From Frankiaceae bacterium (GTDB taxonomy: Bacteria; Actinomycetota; Actinomycetes; Mycobacteriales; SCTD01): DNA of 33,872 bases. The translations under genes were made by a program, and so were the position numbers. Under the pieces are notes generated by a model. The model saw only the letters and a program-made list of their open reading frames with translations, searched no databases and had not been told where the DNA came from. Location of the stretch: the NCBI GenBank assembly GCA_031424715.1, contig JANPHZ010000256.1, positions 1-33,872 on the forward strand, given 5' to 3'. Below are positions 7,908-17,677 of the stretch, piece by piece; position 1 is the first letter of the stretch; every line of letters starts with the position of its first letter.

Positions 7908-9443
7908 ATGCACCCCGTGGAACAGCAGGACCGTCCGGTGCGCTGGCTCAAGGTCCTCGACCAGACCAGGTGCATCGGCTGCCACGCCTGCACGACAGCC
8001 TGCAAGAGCGAGAACGAAGTGCCGGTGGGCGTGACCCGGACCTACGTCAAGTCTGTCGACGTGGGCGTGTTTCCCCAGGTGCGTCGCGCCTTCCAGGTCA
8101 CGCGCTGCAACCAGTGCACCGATGCGCCCTGCGTCAACGCGTGCCCGACGCAGGCGATGTACAAGCGACCCGACGGGATCGTCGACTTCGACAAGGACAT
8201 CTGCATCGGCTGCAAGGCGTGCATGGCTGCCTGCCCGTACGACGCGATCTTCATTAACCCCGAGGACCACTCGGCGGAGAAGTGCAACCTGTGCGCGCAC
8301 CGCATCGACGTCGGCCTCGAGCCGGCCTGCGTCACGGTGTGTCCCACCGAGGCGATCCTGGTCGGCGACCTGAACGACCCGACCTCGAAGGTGGCCAAGG
8401 CGGTCCAGCGCAAGCCGGCCCTCGTACGGCGACCCGAGAAGGAGACCGGCCCGGGGCTGTTCTACCTGGGCGCGCACCAGGCCACCCTCGATCCGCTGGG
8501 GTCCACGCGCCCGGACGGCGGGCTGTACGCCTGGGCCACCCAGGGTCAGCCCGGCCCGCAGCTGGTGCCCTCCGGGCACCCTGACCGGGCCCGCTCGTCC
8601 GCGGCGGCGCTGCTGTCCTACGACATCCCGCACTTCGCCCCGTGGGGGTGGCGGGTCAGCCTCTACACCTGGACCAAGAGCATCGCTGCGGGCAGTTTCC
8701 TGGTCGCGGTCGTCATGGCGCTGGTCGGGCTGCTGAGCTTCGGGGACGACACCGTCCGCTTCGCGGCGCCCCTGCTCGCGCTTGCCTTCCTCGGCATCAC
8801 CGGCGTTCTGCTCATCTGGGACCTCAAGCACCCGACCCGCTTCTACCTGATCTTCACCCGGCACCACTGGAAGAGCTGGCTGGTCCGCGGCTCGTTCATC
8901 ATCGGGGCCTACGGCGCCCTGGTCACCGCCTACCTCGGCGTAGCCCTGCTCGACGTGGAGCGAGGCCAGCAGGTGACGGGCAGCCTCGGCGCCGTCCTCG
9001 CCGTCGGTACCGCCGTCTACACGGCCTACCTGTTCGCACAGGCCAAGGCACGTGACCTCTGGCAGAGCCCGTTGCTGCCCGCGCACCTGGCCGTCCAGGC
9101 CGTACTCGCCGGAGCGGCCTCGCTGCTGCCCTTTGCGGCGTGGCTGTCCCCGGCACGAGGTGTCGCCGCTCTCGAGGTCGTCCTGGCTGTATCAGCCGCG
9201 ACGCACCTGCTCCTGGTCTGGACCGAGGTCACCCTCCCGCATGTCACTGCACATGCGCACCTGGCCACCAAGGAAATGACCAAGGGACGCTTCGCCACGT
9301 ACTTCCGCATCGGCCTCGTCGCCGTGGCGGTCGCGGTCGCCGCTCCCTGGATCGGTGTGCTCGCTGTCCCCTTCGCCCTGATCGGCCTGTTGGCGCATGA
9401 GCACGCCTACGTCCAGGCCGGTCAATCCGTCCCCCTGGCCTGA
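7908..9443 (+). CDS. Fused 4Fe-4S electron-transfer subunit (DmsB/NrfC/PsrB type) and NrfD/PsrC membrane anchor
   Basis: Four Cys groups (CIGCHACTTAC, CNQC..PCVNACP, CIGCKACMAACP, KCNLC..PACVTVCP), then a multi-TM domain with PWGWRVSLY, DLKHPTRF, SWLVRGS; start 7908 or 7881. Confidence 0.9.
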   Translation: MHPVEQQDRPVRWLKVLDQTRCIGCHACTTACKSENEVPVGVTRTYVKSVDVGVFPQVRRAFQVTRCNQCTDAPCVNACPTQAMYKRPDGIVDFDKDICIGCKACMAACPYDAIFINPEDHSAEKCNLCAHRIDVGLEPACVTVCPTEAILVGDLNDPTSKVAKAVQRKPALVRRPEKETGPGLFYLGAHQATLDPLGSTRPDGGLYAWATQGQPGPQLVPSGHPDRARSSAAALLSYDIPHFAPWGWRVSLYTWTKSIAAGSFLVAVVMALVGLLSFGDDTVRFAAPLLALAFLGITGVLLIWDLKHPTRFYLIFTRHHWKSWLVRGSFIIGAYGALVTAYLGVALLDVERGQQVTGSLGAVLAVGTAVYTAYLFAQAKARDLWQSPLLPAHLAVQAVLAGAASLLPFAAWLSPARGVAALEVVLAVSAATHLLLVWTEVTLPHVTAHAHLATKEMTKGRFATYFRIGLVAVAVAVAAPWIGVLAVPFALIGLLAHEHAYVQAGQSVPLA

Positions 9444-9453
9444 GAGGTCTTGC

Positions 9454-12390
9454 ATGGCTGCCAAGAAGACGCTGCGGTCTCGCCTGTCGCTGTCCGAGCG
9501 CGGCGAGCGGGTGTCCGCTGCCCGTAAGGATGTCGAGGCGCGCGGCGAGACCTTCTACCAGGGTGCCAGCGGCATCCACCTGTCGGCGTTCCCGCCCAAG
9601 GAGCGGTGGGACGACTGGGTGGAGCTGGACTCCCGCGCGTGGCCGCGCCGCGAGGAGCACCACTACATGCTGGTGCCGACGACCTGCTTCAACTGCGAGT
9701 CAGCGTGCGGCCTCTTGGCCTACGTGGACCGCGAGGACATGCACGTCCGCAAGTTCGAGGGCAACCCCGAGCACCCGGGCTCGCGCGGACGCAACTGCGC
9801 CAAGGGGCCGTCGACGCTCAACCAGGTGACCGACCCCGACCGCATCCTCTACCCGCTCAAGCGGGTCGGCGCGCGCGGCAGCGGCGAGTGGGAGCGCATC
9901 AGCTGGGACGAAGCCCTCGACGGCATCGCCGCCCGGCTGCGCGCCGCGATCATCGAGCAGCGGCAGAACGAGATCATGATCCACATCGGCCGACCCGGCG
10001 AGGACGGCTTCACCGAGCGCATCCTGGCGAGCTGGGGGGTGGACGGGCACAACTCGCACACCAACGTCTGCTCGGCCGCCGGCCGCACGGGCTACCAGTT
10101 CTGGATGGGCGCCGACCGCCCCAGCCCCGACCACGGCAACGCCAAGGTCATCTACCTGATCAGCTCCCATCTGGAAGCCGGGCACTACTTCAACCCGCAC
10201 GCGCAGCGCATCACCGAGGCGCGGGCCAACGGCGCCAAGCTCATCGTGCTCGATACCCGGCTGTCCAACACCGCGACGCATGCCGACTACTGGTTGTCCC
10301 CCCAGCCCGGCAGCGAAGCCGCGATCAACCTCGCGGTCGCCCGGCACCTCATCACGACGGGCCAGTACAACCGGGAGTTCGTCCGGCAGTGGTGGAACTG
10401 GGAGGAGTACCTCCAGACCTGCCGTCCGGAGCTCCCCCCCACCTTCGAGTCCTTCGAGGCCGAGCTCGTCGCCCTCTACGACGAGTTCACCTTCGAGTAC
10501 GCCGCCGCCGAGTCCGGTATCGACGCCGACACGCTTCGCGAGGTGGCCGAGACCGTCGCCGGCGCGGGCACGCGGTTCTCCTCGCACTCCTGGCGGTCCG
10601 CCGCCGCGGCCAACCTGGGTGGCTGGCAGGTCACCCGCACGCTGGTCCTGCTGTCAGCGCTGCTCGGCTCGATCGGCACCGAGGGCGGGCTGTTCGCCAA
10701 TTCCTGGAACAAGTTCGTTCCCAAGCCCATCTACACCCCGCCGCACCCGGGCGTGTGGCAGGAGCTGAGCTGGCCGATGGAGTACCCGCTCGCGCAGAAC
10801 GAGCTGTCCTTCCTGCTCCCGCAGTTCCTCAAAGACGGTCGAGGCAAGCTCGACACCTACTTCATCCGCGTCTACAACCCGGTCTGGACCAACCCGGACG
10901 GGATGTCGTGGATGGAGGTCCTGTCCGACCGGGAGAAGGTCGGCTGCTTCGTGGCGCTCACCCCCACCTGGAACGAGTCGGCCTACCTCGCCGACTACGT
11001 GCTGCCGATGGGACACGGTTCGGAGCGGCACGACACCCACTCCTACGAGCAGTACGACGGCCAGTGGCTCGGCTTCCGGCAGCCGGTGCTCCGGGCGGCG
11101 CGCGAGCGCCTCGGGGAGACCGTCACCGACACCCGCCAGGTCAACCCCGGCGAGGTGTGGGAGGAGAACGAGTGGTGGATCGAGCTCTCGTGGCGTATGG
11201 ATCCGGACGGGAGCCTGGGCATCCGCCAGTACCACGAGTCCAAGGTCAACCCCGGGACCAAGCTCAGCGTCGACGAGTACTACGGGTGGATGTTCGAGAA
11301 CTCCGTGCCGGGCCTGCCGGAGCGAGCAGCCGAGGAAGGACTGACCCCCCTGCAGTTCATGCGGCGTTACGGGGCCTTCGAGATCTCGAAGGGGCTGGGT
11401 GCACAGCACGCCTTCCCGGTGCCCGATGAAGAACTGACCGACCTGCACGTCAATCTCCTGGGGCGCGCGTACAGCTCCTCGCCCAAGCCCGCCAACCCCA
11501 ACATCGTGCCGATGGGTGCCCCCGTGCCCGATGACGAGGGCCGACGCGCGGTGGGGATCGAAGTGGACGGGGTGATCCGGCGCGGCTTCCCCACTCCCTC
11601 GGGAAAGCTCGAGTTCTACTCCTCCACGCTGGCCGGCTGGGGCTGGCCGGAGCACGCCATCCCCGGCTACATCAAGAGCCACGTGCACCCGGACAACATG
11701 GCGCCCGACCAGATGGTGCTGCTGTCGACGTTCCGGCTGCCGACCCAGATCCACACCCGCTCGGCCAACTCCAAGTGGCTCGACGAGCTCGCCCACACCA
11801 ACCCGGTCTGGATCCACCCCTCGGACGCCGGCCGCCTCGGCGTCGAGCGGACCGGCGACCTGGTGCGGGTGCAGACCGACATCGGCCACTTCGTCGCCAA
11901 GGCCTGGATCACCGAGGGCATCCGGCCCGGCGTGGTTGCCTGCAGCCACCACATGGGTCGCTGGCGCCCGACCAACCAGGACAACGGCCAGCGTCAGATG
12001 ATGGCCACGGTGGACATCGTCCAGGACGGCAACGACTGGAGCATGCACAAGGTGAGGTCGGTCGAGCCCTACGACAGCAGCGACGCGGACACCAAGCGGA
12101 TCTGGTGGAGCGACACGGGCGTGCACCAGAACCTCACCATGCCCGTGCACCCCGACCCGATCTCGGGGATGCACTGCTGGCACCAGGCGGTACGGGTGAC
12201 GCCCGCCGCTCCGGGCGACCAGCAGGGTGACATCGCCGTGGACACCGCCAAGGCACGTGAGGTCTATCAGGAGTGGTTGGCGATGACCCGTCCTGCGGGT
12301 CAGGTGTCGCCGGACGGTCTGCGTCGGCCCACCTGGCTGATGCGCCCCCTCAAGCCCCACCCGGACACCTTCGTCCTCCCGAGGCCCTGA
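9454..12390 (+). CDS. Molybdopterin (bis-MGD) oxidoreductase catalytic subunit, DMSO reductase family, Psr/Phs/Ttr/Arr/Soe-like
   Basis: 4Fe-4S motif TTCFNCESACG...NCAKG, DRILYPLKR, ISWDEALD, predicted Mo-ligand loop NSHTNVCS, ADYVLP, VWIHPSDA; no twin-arginine signal at ATG 9454. Confidence 0.9.
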   Translation: MAAKKTLRSRLSLSERGERVSAARKDVEARGETFYQGASGIHLSAFPPKERWDDWVELDSRAWPRREEHHYMLVPTTCFNCESACGLLAYVDREDMHVRKFEGNPEHPGSRGRNCAKGPSTLNQVTDPDRILYPLKRVGARGSGEWERISWDEALDGIAARLRAAIIEQRQNEIMIHIGRPGEDGFTERILASWGVDGHNSHTNVCSAAGRTGYQFWMGADRPSPDHGNAKVIYLISSHLEAGHYFNPHAQRITEARANGAKLIVLDTRLSNTATHADYWLSPQPGSEAAINLAVARHLITTGQYNREFVRQWWNWEEYLQTCRPELPPTFESFEAELVALYDEFTFEYAAAESGIDADTLREVAETVAGAGTRFSSHSWRSAAAANLGGWQVTRTLVLLSALLGSIGTEGGLFANSWNKFVPKPIYTPPHPGVWQELSWPMEYPLAQNELSFLLPQFLKDGRGKLDTYFIRVYNPVWTNPDGMSWMEVLSDREKVGCFVALTPTWNESAYLADYVLPMGHGSERHDTHSYEQYDGQWLGFRQPVLRAARERLGETVTDTRQVNPGEVWEENEWWIELSWRMDPDGSLGIRQYHESKVNPGTKLSVDEYYGWMFENSVPGLPERAAEEGLTPLQFMRRYGAFEISKGLGAQHAFPVPDEELTDLHVNLLGRAYSSSPKPANPNIVPMGAPVPDDEGRRAVGIEVDGVIRRGFPTPSGKLEFYSSTLAGWGWPEHAIPGYIKSHVHPDNMAPDQMVLLSTFRLPTQIHTRSANSKWLDELAHTNPVWIHPSDAGRLGVERTGDLVRVQTDIGHFVAKAWITEGIRPGVVACSHHMGRWRPTNQDNGQRQMMATVDIVQDGNDWSMHKVRSVEPYDSSDADTKRIWWSDTGVHQNLTMPVHPDPISGMHCWHQAVRVTPAAPGDQQGDIAVDTAKAREVYQEWLAMTRPAGQVSPDGLRRPTWLMRPLKPHPDTFVLPRP

Positions 12391-13319
12391 TCGAGACGAC
12401 CGCTCGGCCAGAGCACACCGCGGCGGAGCTGGCTCCAGCCTCGGTGCGGTGGGAGCTCCTGCGCGCGCTCGGGGCCGCCGTCCTCACTCCCCCGCCCGGG
12501 AACGCCGGCCCCTGCGCGGCTCTGGAGCTCCCGGTCCAGACCGGCGCCGAGCACACCCAGGTCTTCGTCCTGAGCGCGCCACCGCACGCCGCCATCCACC
12601 TGGGGCCGGAGGGCAAGCTGGGCGGCGAGGGCCTGGACCGGATCAGCGGGTTCTGGCGGGCACTGGGTCTGCAGGCACCCGAGGACGCAGACCACCTGGG
12701 CACTCTGTTGCTGCTCTACGCCGAGCTGGGCGAGGCCGAGACCGGCTCGGCCTCGGACAAGGTCCGAGTGCAGATGCGGCTGGCTCGCACGGCGCTGTTC
12801 CACGAGCACCTGTGGAGCTGGACGCCCGGCTACCTGGCGGCGGTACGCCGGCTCGGGGTGCCGTCCATCGCCGAGTGGGCACAGCTGGCCGACCAGGCCC
12901 TGTCCGCCGAGCTCGCGGACGTGGAGCCGGCCACGATGCTCCCGTTGGCGCTGCGCGAGGCCCCAGACCCGCTCGACGCCGACCCCACGTTCGACGAGAC
13001 GCTCGACCTGATGGTGGCTCCGGTCCGCTCCGGGATGATCCTCACCTACCCCGACCTGGAGGCGGCCGCTACCGGGGCCGGCCTCGGGGTGCGGCGCGGC
13101 GAGCGGCGCTACGCCCTCAAAGCGCTCTTCGAGCAGGACGCCGCGGCCACGCTGCGGATGCTGGCCGCCCACGCCGACCGCTGGTCCGCTGTGCACGCGT
13201 TCCACGCGCAGGGCGGGCCGAACGACTCCTGCTCGTGGTGGTCGGCCCGCGCCGCCGTGACCGCCGCGACGCTCACCGAACTGGCTGAGCGGGTCGGCGC
13301 GGCGGCGGGAGCATCGTGA
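12387..13319 (+). CDS. TorD/DmsD family molybdoenzyme maturation chaperone with C-terminal extension
   Basis: EDADHLG (ExxDH motif) and HLWSWTPGY; directly follows the catalytic subunit; start uncertain (CTG 12387 or GTG 12444). Confidence 0.75.
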   Translation: MIETTARPEHTAAELAPASVRWELLRALGAAVLTPPPGNAGPCAALELPVQTGAEHTQVFVLSAPPHAAIHLGPEGKLGGEGLDRISGFWRALGLQAPEDADHLGTLLLLYAELGEAETGSASDKVRVQMRLARTALFHEHLWSWTPGYLAAVRRLGVPSIAEWAQLADQALSAELADVEPATMLPLALREAPDPLDADPTFDETLDLMVAPVRSGMILTYPDLEAAATGAGLGVRRGERRYALKALFEQDAAATLRMLAAHADRWSAVHAFHAQGGPNDSCSWWSARAAVTAATLTELAERVGAAAGAS

Positions 13320-13347
13320 CGCGACCGCCTACACCGCTGGAGGATCC

Positions 13348-14454
13348 GTGCTCGGCCTGAACCGCGACGTGACCACTGCCCTGCGGGCGGCGGTCGGCGC
13401 CGTGCCCGACCCTGAGCTGCACCAGTCGCTGGCTGAGCTGGGGATGGTGCGCGACGTCCGCCTGTCACGCGGTGGCCGCGCCGAGGTCGAGATCGCCCTC
13501 ACCACCGCCGGCTGCCCGATGACCACGCGACTCACCCGGGAGGTGACGGCGGCCGCAGAGGCGATCGCCGAGGTCACCTCGGTCGAGGTGAGGTTCACCG
13601 TGATGAGCGAGGCCGAGCGGCGGTCGCTGGCCGAGCGCTTCTTCGCGACCCGGGCACCCGCTCGGGAGGCGCCCGCACGGGAGGTCTACGCCGTCGCCAG
13701 CGGCAAGGGCGGCGTCGGGAAGTCCAGCGTCGCAGCCAACCTCGCCGTCAGCCTCGCCCAGCAGGGCAAGCGGGTCGGCCTGCTCGATGCGGACGTCTGG
13801 GGCTACTCCGTCCCCCAGTTGTTCGGCGCCCGCCACAGCCCGATCGCGATGTACGAGATGATGCTCCCGGTGCAGGCCCACGGGGTCAGCCTGATGTCGT
13901 TGGGGTTCCTCGTCGAAGACGAGACGCCCATCGTGTGGCGCGGTCCGATGCTGCACAAGGCCCTCACGCAGTTCGTCCAGGACGTGCACTGGGGCGACCT
14001 CGACGTGCTGCTGCTCGACCTGCCCCCCGGTACGGGCGACGTCACCCTCTCGGTACTTGAGCTCCTGCCCACCGCCTCGCTGATCGTCGTGACCACTCCC
14101 CAGCAGGCGGCCCGCGGCGTGGCCAGCCGCGTCGGGGTCATGGCGCGCGACGCGCACATGCCCATCGCCGGCGTGGTCGAGAACATGTCCGAGCTCATCT
14201 GCGCCACGTGCGGCGACAGCACTGCGCTGTTCGGCGCCGGTGGCGGGCGGCAGCTCGCCGACGAGCTGGACGTGCCGCTGCTCGGTCAGGTGCCCCTCGA
14301 CGTGGCGCTGCGACAGGCCGGCGACGCGGGAGTTCCGGTGGTGGTCGGAGCACCGTCGAGCAGCTCTGCCGTCGCTCTGCAGGCTGTCGCGTCGGCACTT
14401 CGCCCGGTACGGCGATCGCTCGTGGGGCTCTCGCTGGGCCTCGAGCCGGTGTAG
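13348..14454 (+). CDS. mrp: Mrp/NBP35 (ApbC) Fe-S carrier ATPase with N-terminal DUF59 domain
   Basis: DPEL..LGMV..LTTAGCP, ASGKGGVGKS, WRGPM, DLPPGTGD, GVVENMS..CATCG; GGAGG RBS. Confidence 0.92.
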   Translation: MLGLNRDVTTALRAAVGAVPDPELHQSLAELGMVRDVRLSRGGRAEVEIALTTAGCPMTTRLTREVTAAAEAIAEVTSVEVRFTVMSEAERRSLAERFFATRAPAREAPAREVYAVASGKGGVGKSSVAANLAVSLAQQGKRVGLLDADVWGYSVPQLFGARHSPIAMYEMMLPVQAHGVSLMSLGFLVEDETPIVWRGPMLHKALTQFVQDVHWGDLDVLLLDLPPGTGDVTLSVLELLPTASLIVVTTPQQAARGVASRVGVMARDAHMPIAGVVENMSELICATCGDSTALFGAGGGRQLADELDVPLLGQVPLDVALRQAGDAGVPVVVGAPSSSSAVALQAVASALRPVRRSLVGLSLGLEPV

Positions 14455-14455
14455 C

Positions 14456-15256
14456 TCACTCGGCGGGCGTGGCCTCATCGGCGGCATGTCGGACGTCGAG
14501 GCGGTAGCCCGACCGCCGGGACCACTCCGAGGACACGGCGAAGCGATCGCCTCGCAGGACCGTTGACCGCCACTCCACCGGGCGGTCATCCACCAAAGCA
14601 GTGCGTTCGATGCGAAGCGCTCCCACCCCCTGGGGCAGTGCGAGCAGCCGCTCGTCCTCGGGCGACGGCACGACGGCACTGATCGTCTCCCGCCCGCCGG
14701 TGAGTCGGACGCCGGTGCGCGCCTCCAGCTCGTCGTACAGGCCAGCATGAGAGAAGTCGACCTCCAGCAGCGCCTCCGACATGGACAGCGGCAGCCACGC
14801 CCGGTCGACCGCCAAGGGCTCGTCATCGGCGTAGCGCAGGCGAGCCAGGTGCAGCAGGGGTTCGTCGTCCTCCAGGTCGAGCAAGCGCGCGATCGTCGGG
14901 TCGAGCACCGCCTGGCGGGCGAGCACCGCGCTGCGTTGCAGCATCCCGCGCGCCTCGACCTCACGAAACAGGCTGTAGAGCGCGCCCAGAGACTGCTCGA
15001 TGCGATCGTGCCGCACCCTCGTCATCCGTCCTCGTCCGCTGTCGAGGACCCCGCGGTCGCGCAGCCGGCGCAGCGCCTCGCGAACGGTGTGTCGACTGAC
15101 GTCGTACTCGCGACCCAGATCGTGCTCGCCCGGGAAGTGCGCCGCGAACTCGCCTGACTGCAGCCTGCGCTCGCACTCGTCGACCAACTGGGCCCAGAGC
15201 GGCACGGGGGAACTGCGATCCAGCCGTCCAGCGAGCGCACCGTCGGACGCCGTCAT
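14456..15256 (-). CDS. GntR family regulator, HutC subfamily (UTRA domain)
   Basis: Winged HTH PLWAQL..FPGEHDL..YDVSRHTVREAL; UTRA-like RLRYADDEPL, GLYDEL, LRGDRF. Confidence 0.92.
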   Translation of the reverse strand: MTASDGALAGRLDRSSPVPLWAQLVDECERRLQSGEFAAHFPGEHDLGREYDVSRHTVREALRRLRDRGVLDSGRGRMTRVRHDRIEQSLGALYSLFREVEARGMLQRSAVLARQAVLDPTIARLLDLEDDEPLLHLARLRYADDEPLAVDRAWLPLSMSEALLEVDFSHAGLYDELEARTGVRLTGGRETISAVVPSPEDERLLALPQGVGALRIERTALVDDRPVEWRSTVLRGDRFAVSSEWSRRSGYRLDVRHAADEATPAE

Positions 15257-15266
15257 GATCGTGAAC

Positions 15267-16838
15267 CTAGCAAGCGTCGGCTGGCGGTGCGGGCACCGCG
15301 CCCGCCACGGGAGGCCCGTCTGACGGGCCGAGTACGACGCTCAGCAAGCGGGTTGCCTGAGGGGATGCCCCCTGGACGTGGCCGGCCATCCCAGAGCTCC
15401 GCAAGTGCTCGATGAACGACTGCAGGACCAGTGCCGCCGTCGCGTCGGTCCGGCCCACCCGCTCGAGGTGCAGGACCACGCCGCGCACATCGTCATCGGT
15501 CGCCACCAGCGCGGCGACCTGCGCCTCCAATGCCGGAGCCGAGCCGAAGTACAGCACCCCCTGCGGCCGCACGTGCAGCGTCGTCCCGTCGCGCCAGGTC
15601 TCCACCCGGATGTCGAGCTCGCGCCACAGATGCACGGCCAGGGACAACCCCACCCCGACCAGTACGCCGCGCTCGACGCGGGGGGCGAGCGCGAGCGTTG
15701 ACACGAACGTCAGGGCAGCGACCGTGAACTGCGGCCGCGACAACCGCCAGGCCACGACGAAGGGCTGCACCTGGATCAGCGGCACGACCGAGGCGACGAC
15801 GAGGCCGGCCAGGGCCGCCTTGGGAAGGTCGGACAGCACGGAGGCGAAAGGCATGAAGGCCAGGACGATGACCCCCGTCAGCACCCCGCTCCAGCGGCTC
15901 CGGGCGCCGGACAGCCGGTTCAGCGACGAGCGCGAGAAGGAACCTCCGGCCGGGTAGCCGTTGAAGGCCCCCGCGGCGAGGTTGGCGAGGCCCTGACCCA
16001 CGAACTCACGGTCGGGGTCCCACGCCTCCCGGTCCTCCGTCGCATAGCGCCGGGAGATGCTCGCCGCCTCGGCGAAGCCCACGAGGGCGATGACCGCTCC
16101 GGGGACGAGCAGCCGGGGCAGGTCCGCCCACGGCAGGTCGAGCCGCAACGGCGGCACCCCGCTCGGCACCGCGCCGACCTCCGTGATCGAGACGAGCCCC
16201 GCGACGCTGAGCAGAAGTGCGCCCACGCCGCCCAAGAGCGCACCGGGGAAGCGCGGGCTCCATTGGCGGCCGAGCAGGATGACGGCGATCATCGCCAAGC
16301 CCACCCCGATCGCCACGACGTCCCACTCGCCCGGTTCGGACAGGGCCTGCCCCGCGGCCACGACGGGGCTCGCCGCGTCGCTGGGCGCGTCGAGCAGCGA
16401 CGGGATCTGCGATGCCAGGATGAGCAGGGACGCCGCCACCGTGAACGCCGCCACCACGGGCTGGCTCATGAGGTAGGCGACGAAGCCCCACCGCAGGAGG
16501 CCCAGCAGAACGCGCACCGCACCGACCACGATCGCGAGCAGAGCCGCCTTGCCGACATAGTCGTCGGACCCCACCTCCGCCAAGGTGGTGAGCGCGCCCA
16601 GTGTCAGCAGACTGGTCAGGGCCACCGGACCCGTCTGCAGGTAGCGAGAGGAACCGACCAGGCCCGCTGCCATGGTCGCCGTCACCGCCGTGTAGAGGCC
16701 CGTCACGACCGGCATTCCCGCCAGTTCCGCGTAAGCCAGTGACTGGGGGATGAGCACGAGGGCCACCGTGGCAGCGGCCAGGAGGTCTCCCCGGGCCGGC
16801 GCACTCCAGCGGTGCCGCGCAGCGGGCCCACGGACCAC
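15267..16838 (-). CDS. sulP: SulP family anion transporter with STAS domain (second copy)
   Basis: LIPQSLAYAELAG, GGSFSRSSLN, STAS QGVLYFGSA; stop is 10 bp from the gntR start. Confidence 0.9.
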   Translation of the reverse strand: MVRGPAARHRWSAPARGDLLAAATVALVLIPQSLAYAELAGMPVVTGLYTAVTATMAAGLVGSSRYLQTGPVALTSLLTLGALTTLAEVGSDDYVGKAALLAIVVGAVRVLLGLLRWGFVAYLMSQPVVAAFTVAASLLILASQIPSLLDAPSDAASPVVAAGQALSEPGEWDVVAIGVGLAMIAVILLGRQWSPRFPGALLGGVGALLLSVAGLVSITEVGAVPSGVPPLRLDLPWADLPRLLVPGAVIALVGFAEAASISRRYATEDREAWDPDREFVGQGLANLAAGAFNGYPAGGSFSRSSLNRLSGARSRWSGVLTGVIVLAFMPFASVLSDLPKAALAGLVVASVVPLIQVQPFVVAWRLSRPQFTVAALTFVSTLALAPRVERGVLVGVGLSLAVHLWRELDIRVETWRDGTTLHVRPQGVLYFGSAPALEAQVAALVATDDDVRGVVLHLERVGRTDATAALVLQSFIEHLRSSGMAGHVQGASPQATRLLSVVLGPSDGPPVAGAVPAPPADAC

Positions 16839-16868
16839 CGGGACCCCCGTCCTGCTCGGTCCGGCGGG

Positions 16869-16880
16869 TTGTCCGGACGT
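16869..16880. promoter_or_regulatory. Putative GntR/HutC-type operator, copy 4 (TTGTCCGGACGT)
   Basis: Divergent promoter between sulP-gntR and the DUF202 genes, which would allow autoregulation. Confidence 0.55.
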
Positions 16881-16952
16881 TCTGCGCCGGACGATAGGCT
16901 ACGCCCCCTCGCCAGCGCCGCCGCCCCTTGCCCAGCCGGACGGAGCCAAACC

Positions 16953-17330
16953 ATGAACTTGTTCGCGGCCCGACGCAGGCCTCGGCTCCACGAGGTGGGT
17001 GAGGACCCGGACTACCGCTTCACGCTGGCCAATGAGCGCACCTTTCTCGCCTGGATCCGCACCTGCTTGGCGCTCATCGCCGCAGGTGCGGCGGTCACCA
17101 GCCTGCTGCCCGAGCTGGGCTCCCCGGAGTCCCGCTCGCTGCTGAGCCTCGGCCTGCTGCTCCTCGGGATGACCCTCGCAGGCCTGAGCTATCGACGCTG
17201 GGATCGCAACGAACGGGCCCTGCGCCTCGGGGTGGCCCTGCCCGCGACCTCACTCACCCGGCTGCTCGCCGGTGGGGTGGTGCTGGTAACCCTTGCGCTG
17301 GTGGTCTTCACGGCGGCGGGGTCGCGGTAG
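16953..17330 (+). CDS. DUF202 (YidH-like) small membrane protein
   Basis: PDYRFTLANERTFLAWIRT signature; three hydrophobic segments; ATG 16953. Confidence 0.88.
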   Translation: MNLFAARRRPRLHEVGEDPDYRFTLANERTFLAWIRTCLALIAAGAAVTSLLPELGSPESRSLLSLGLLLLGMTLAGLSYRRWDRNERALRLGVALPATSLTRLLAGGVVLVTLALVVFTAAGSR

Positions 17331-17332
17331 CC

Positions 17333-17665
17333 GTGCCCGCGCCCCCGATCCTCGACCCCGGAGCGCAAGCCGAGCGGACCACGCTGGCCTGGCAGCGCAC
17401 CGGTTTGGCGTTGCTCGGCGTCGGGGCCGTGCTTCTGCACGTCGACGGTGCCGCTGCTGGGAGGCTGGTCAGAACGGTCGGCCTGCTCGACCTGGTCGCC
17501 GGCGCGGCCATCGGCTCGGTGGTGGCTCCCGCCCGGTATCGGCAAACGGTCCGGCTCGTGGTCGGTGCCCGCTCTCCTCTCGCTCGCCGTAGCGTCTGGG
17601 TGGTGACCGCATGCGCCATGGCCACCGCGCTGGCCGTTGCCATCGACCTCGCCGCCCCCTTCTGA
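17333..17665 (+). CDS. Second DUF202 membrane protein
   Basis: DPGAQAERTTLAWQRT signature; starts 2 bp after the first DUF202 gene. Confidence 0.82.
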   Translation: MPAPPILDPGAQAERTTLAWQRTGLALLGVGAVLLHVDGAAAGRLVRTVGLLDLVAGAAIGSVVAPARYRQTVRLVVGARSPLARRSVWVVTACAMATALAVAIDLAAPF

Positions 17666-17677
17666 CAAGGTGGCGGC

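Noticed and set aside
9454-12390. Calling the molybdoenzyme a formate dehydrogenase or nitrate reductase
   Set aside because: Ligand loop NSHTNVCS and the NrfD-type partner fit the Psr/Ttr/Arr/Soe group; no Fdh-type RxC/UH motif or Nar subunits.
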